The notes under the pieces are model-generated. The model saw nothing but the letters and a program-made list of their open reading frames with translations, ran no database searches and had not been told where the DNA came from. From positions 186,001 to 250,000 of IMG/VR virus record IMGVR_UViG_3300028920_000022: DNA of 64,000 nt, one strand, 5' to 3'. The translations under genes were made by a program, and so were the position numbers. Below are positions 60,583-64,000 of the stretch, piece by piece (within the stretch, counting starts at the first letter, position 1; the number at the start of each line of letters is the position of its first letter).

Positions 60583-63500
60583 TGATTTCTAAGCACATTG
60601 GTTTTAGAGATAGCGAAGTAATGCGTGAGCTTGAAAGACAAGAGCTTAAAAAAGCCGCAATGCCCGAGAAGGGTGAGAAAATCGCATTTTTAGGTTTTAA
60701 ACAAATCCCTTCAAACCTGCGTTCTATTTTGGAAACCTTCGAAAGAATGTTGGGAATTAAAGCCGTTCCAATTTCTTTAGGACCAGAAGGTAAGGAAAAG
60801 GTAGAGCAGTATGTCCAAGAAGGATATAACATCGACAAGCAACACAGCAAGGTTTATGATGATGTTGAGGAACTGCTGCAGGAATATCCTTTATTGGCGT
60901 TCGGTCTTCCTGATGAAGAAGATGAGGAAGAAGATGATTATGGACCTACCGAAAACGTTGCTGATGATGTTATGACTTTAGCCAGGGGGTTGAGAAACAA
61001 GGGGTTTACCAAAGAAGCTACGGATTTGGAAGATAAATTCCTTCTTTATAAGACTGCGGAAACTCATCTTTATAGAGTATTTGATGAGGACGGGGAAGAC
61101 TTAATTGATTTTTCTCATCAGGATGGTGATATAGAGGTGGCTCCTGCCAAGGAAGGGTATGGTAAGGTAGAGACGATTGTTAGTCAGCACAAGAAGATCG
61201 AAGATGTTGTTAACAAGAAGCCAACCGGCAAATTAGGAGGACACCCAGCCGGGGCTAAGAAAAGTGGCGAAGTAAAAAAAACTGCTAGAGAGTATACAGG
61301 TCCTCAACCTGATGTTCCTAAACCTACGGTTAAGTTACCATCTTCTTCTGAAATTAATTCTCAAGAACAATTAAAACAGGAATGGAACTTTTTATATAAT
61401 ACTCAAAAACGTCTGTTAAATCTTATTATTGGTGACGAGGATGCGGGTGGTCGTGGGGATTGGGGTATAAAATTTGGGTCTGGTAAGCGCACCCGGGCGC
61501 GAGGATCTGTTAATGAATTTTGGGTTGAAGCTGAGGCTCCAGGTCTTTTTACTCCAAATAATGTTGTTACTTTATTTACAGAAACTTATGATCGCGCGTA
61601 TATTCCCGAAAGAATAAAAAACACCCCATATGAAGGTTTGTTAAAATTTTATTTGAAAAAATCTGGACAAGAAGTTTCATTTAATAAATTGTACGATGGA
61701 GTTTTTGAGAAATTGCAAGTTAAAGCGTCTCCTGGCAGTTTTTATGTAATATTTAATGAATCGCAAATAGCTGCTATTAATAAAGGACTTATAACGCATG
61801 TTAACAATGTAGTTAAAGATATCAAATCTATAGATTATGGTTCTGTTCCGAATTTGGGGAACCGAGAAGAAATGCAGGCATCTGTGTCTACATTAGAAAC
61901 AGCACTTGCTACATTACAGAATATTATGCAATCTGGAATGGATCGACAAGTACAAACTCTTATTTTATCTAAATTAGATGATAATACAGGGAACCGTATT
62001 GATCAATACAAATATGAACAAGATAATCCTAATACGGCCAACCGTATTGTTCATGCATATAATGATTTACAAACAAATGTTCGTAGATTGTCTGATCATA
62101 TTGAGAACTTGTTGAAAAAACCAACGGTGCAAGTAGCAGTAGGACCAGCTGAAGTTGACATGCCAATGGCTAAAACTGTTGGTAATGTCTGGACTACACC
62201 ATCCACCAAATTAGCGTTGGTTGGTAGCTCTATGCCGAACAATCGTGGTCAGTGGTTGGCAAAACAGTTTGAACAATTGGCGGTTTTAGCCAGCAATAGT
62301 AAGAAATGGAAACAAGGGGCTCCTATATTCAAACAAGCTGCAGTTTTTTGTCGCCAGTATGTTAATCAAAACCCAAAACATACATTATGGAACTTGTTAG
62401 TTAATTTATCGAAAAACCCAAGTTTTAAATCATATTTTAGTGGTTGGGAAGTAAAAATTAAAAACCTTGAACAGTTGCGTAATATATTCACCAATGTTTT
62501 GCCAGCTAAAATTAAATCAGCTAGCGTCAAATCAGTAGTAAAAACAGCCGGAATAGAAGATCCTGACTTCGTTCCCCCAGGAGCTACTCCAACTCCTAAA
62601 AAACCAACAGCAAAACCAGGAAACCGACTGGTTCCCAAGAATAGACAAAAAGCTCAGTATGCTCGATATCAGGCGGCTATTGATAAATATCACGATGCAC
62701 ACCCTGAGGCAGCTGATGCTGTTATTATAATGCAAAACCAATTGAATATGATTGCTAGTAAGCTTGGTGAAATCGCTAAGCAAACTAACAAGATTACGCA
62801 AGAGGAGGTGGCATCGGCGGTAATTAAGTTATTAAGTACAGGTTTGAAGGGCGGAAGATCTGCTCAAGATTCGCTCGATGGATTATGGGCTACTTCTACT
62901 AACACAGCTTTAGAAGCTTTACAAAACATAATTGATAAACTTTATCCAGACGATAATATTAAATTAAATAATAATATTAACTATAAATCTGCTAAGGATG
63001 CTGATATTGTGCAGGCAGCTCAGTCCAACAGTAGTATCATTGAAGACATTATTAAGAAAAAGTTTAAAGAAGATTTTGATGTAACGGTTCCAAATACACC
63101 CGACGAGCTAAAAGAAGAATCAACAACCAACCAACCAACCAACCAAATAAGACAAGGCGTTTGGGATCAATTAAACTATGCACGTATGCGTGCTGGCGGA
63201 GCTTGGACTGATATCTCAGAAAACCCTGATGTTTTTGTTCGTGATGATACATTTAATACATTAGATAAATTTGCAAACTTCTTAGAAAGCTATAGGTTGG
63301 CTTCTAGAAAAATGACCGGAGAACTTTGGGATAAATGGTTGGGCTGGTTTGCTATGCGAGCAAATTGGCTTAGAGATCATAACCAAGACACATCCAAAGG
63401 AAAGTACTTAACAGCGGTGCAGACTTTAAGATCTAAATTGCGTAAAGCTATTAGTAAATTAGGTGATAAAGCTGCTAATAATGCATTTTCTCCAGAAGAT

Positions 63501-63974
63501 TTAAAACACGCACTAGAAGCTGCAACTAAACCTCCAGGAATTACCCCACCAGCCCAGAGAAGCGACATGGCTTTACCTCTACAGGAAGGTACCGAGTTTG
63601 TTAATAATGTGCCAGATTTTCCTATCAGTAGCGGATCTATATCTTTGCGTAGACCATTTAACTTTCCAAGAACAAATGGAACCCAGTTGGGACGACAACT
63701 GTTGCAATATAACGGAGTTAACAAAAGCACTCTATACTTGAATGATGTGAATGAGTTTGTGATAAGTCAATTGGGTGGTCATAACACAAACCAACCACAT
63801 TTAGTTATTCAGGTTCTGCAGAATTTGAAACAGGACATTAATAACATTAAAAACAATTGGTCTGATCTGGCAGAACAACAAATGACTAGACCCCAAAGGG
63901 AAGCTAGAGTTGCTCCAGCTAGTACTTGGATTTATAATCTTAACGCTTTGATTCAAACAATAACCCATATGTAA
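60582..63974 (+). CDS. large virion-region protein (1130 aa)
   Basis: Long ORF; shares an 82-aa module with 47565..50063; carries KxA motifs. Confidence 0.65.
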   Translation: MISKHIGFRDSEVMRELERQELKKAAMPEKGEKIAFLGFKQIPSNLRSILETFERMLGIKAVPISLGPEGKEKVEQYVQEGYNIDKQHSKVYDDVEELLQEYPLLAFGLPDEEDEEEDDYGPTENVADDVMTLARGLRNKGFTKEATDLEDKFLLYKTAETHLYRVFDEDGEDLIDFSHQDGDIEVAPAKEGYGKVETIVSQHKKIEDVVNKKPTGKLGGHPAGAKKSGEVKKTAREYTGPQPDVPKPTVKLPSSSEINSQEQLKQEWNFLYNTQKRLLNLIIGDEDAGGRGDWGIKFGSGKRTRARGSVNEFWVEAEAPGLFTPNNVVTLFTETYDRAYIPERIKNTPYEGLLKFYLKKSGQEVSFNKLYDGVFEKLQVKASPGSFYVIFNESQIAAINKGLITHVNNVVKDIKSIDYGSVPNLGNREEMQASVSTLETALATLQNIMQSGMDRQVQTLILSKLDDNTGNRIDQYKYEQDNPNTANRIVHAYNDLQTNVRRLSDHIENLLKKPTVQVAVGPAEVDMPMAKTVGNVWTTPSTKLALVGSSMPNNRGQWLAKQFEQLAVLASNSKKWKQGAPIFKQAAVFCRQYVNQNPKHTLWNLLVNLSKNPSFKSYFSGWEVKIKNLEQLRNIFTNVLPAKIKSASVKSVVKTAGIEDPDFVPPGATPTPKKPTAKPGNRLVPKNRQKAQYARYQAAIDKYHDAHPEAADAVIIMQNQLNMIASKLGEIAKQTNKITQEEVASAVIKLLSTGLKGGRSAQDSLDGLWATSTNTALEALQNIIDKLYPDDNIKLNNNINYKSAKDADIVQAAQSNSSIIEDIIKKKFKEDFDVTVPNTPDELKEESTTNQPTNQIRQGVWDQLNYARMRAGGAWTDISENPDVFVRDDTFNTLDKFANFLESYRLASRKMTGELWDKWLGWFAMRANWLRDHNQDTSKGKYLTAVQTLRSKLRKAISKLGDKAANNAFSPEDLKHALEAATKPPGITPPAQRSDMALPLQEGTEFVNNVPDFPISSGSISLRRPFNFPRTNGTQLGRQLLQYNGVNKSTLYLNDVNEFVISQLGGHNTNQPHLVIQVLQNLKQDINNIKNNWSDLAEQQMTRPQREARVAPASTWIYNLNALIQTITHM

Positions 63975-64000
63975 TGACTAAAACTATCTATAACGATGAT

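Overview
An AT-rich, very densely coded 64-kb segment of a large (jumbo-type) tailed dsDNA bacteriophage genome. All convincing genes are on the + strand except a partial DNA adenine methyltransferase that runs off the left edge and is missing from the ORF track. About 0.7-34 kb is DNA metabolism and host takeover: dUTPase (frameshifted), family-4 UDG, AAA+ ATPase, SbcCD-like nuclease, dNMP kinase, DnaE, RecA-like protein, SSB, RuvC-like resolvase, a two-gene primase, and a translation/chaperone set (IF-3, peptide deformylase, bL12, trigger factor, DnaJ, thioredoxin). About 34-64 kb is packaging and head morphogenesis (terminase large subunit, portal, protease-scaffold, many acidic putative head proteins), with a tRNA-nucleotidyltransferase-like gene and a Cx5R phosphatase embedded in it. 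Highlights: (1) dnaE is fractured by a naturally split intein with Ser1/Ser+1 nucleophiles, and a Vsr-like endonuclease gene lies between the halves; (2) a recurring K-x-A|(Q/Y/G) motif at domain boundaries of morphogenesis proteins looks like a prohead-protease processing code; (3) the phage carries an apparent toolkit for the ribosome exit tunnel and stalk; (4) an 82-aa module is shared by two distant large virion-region proteins. All family assignments come from motif recognition by eye; no database searches were run.
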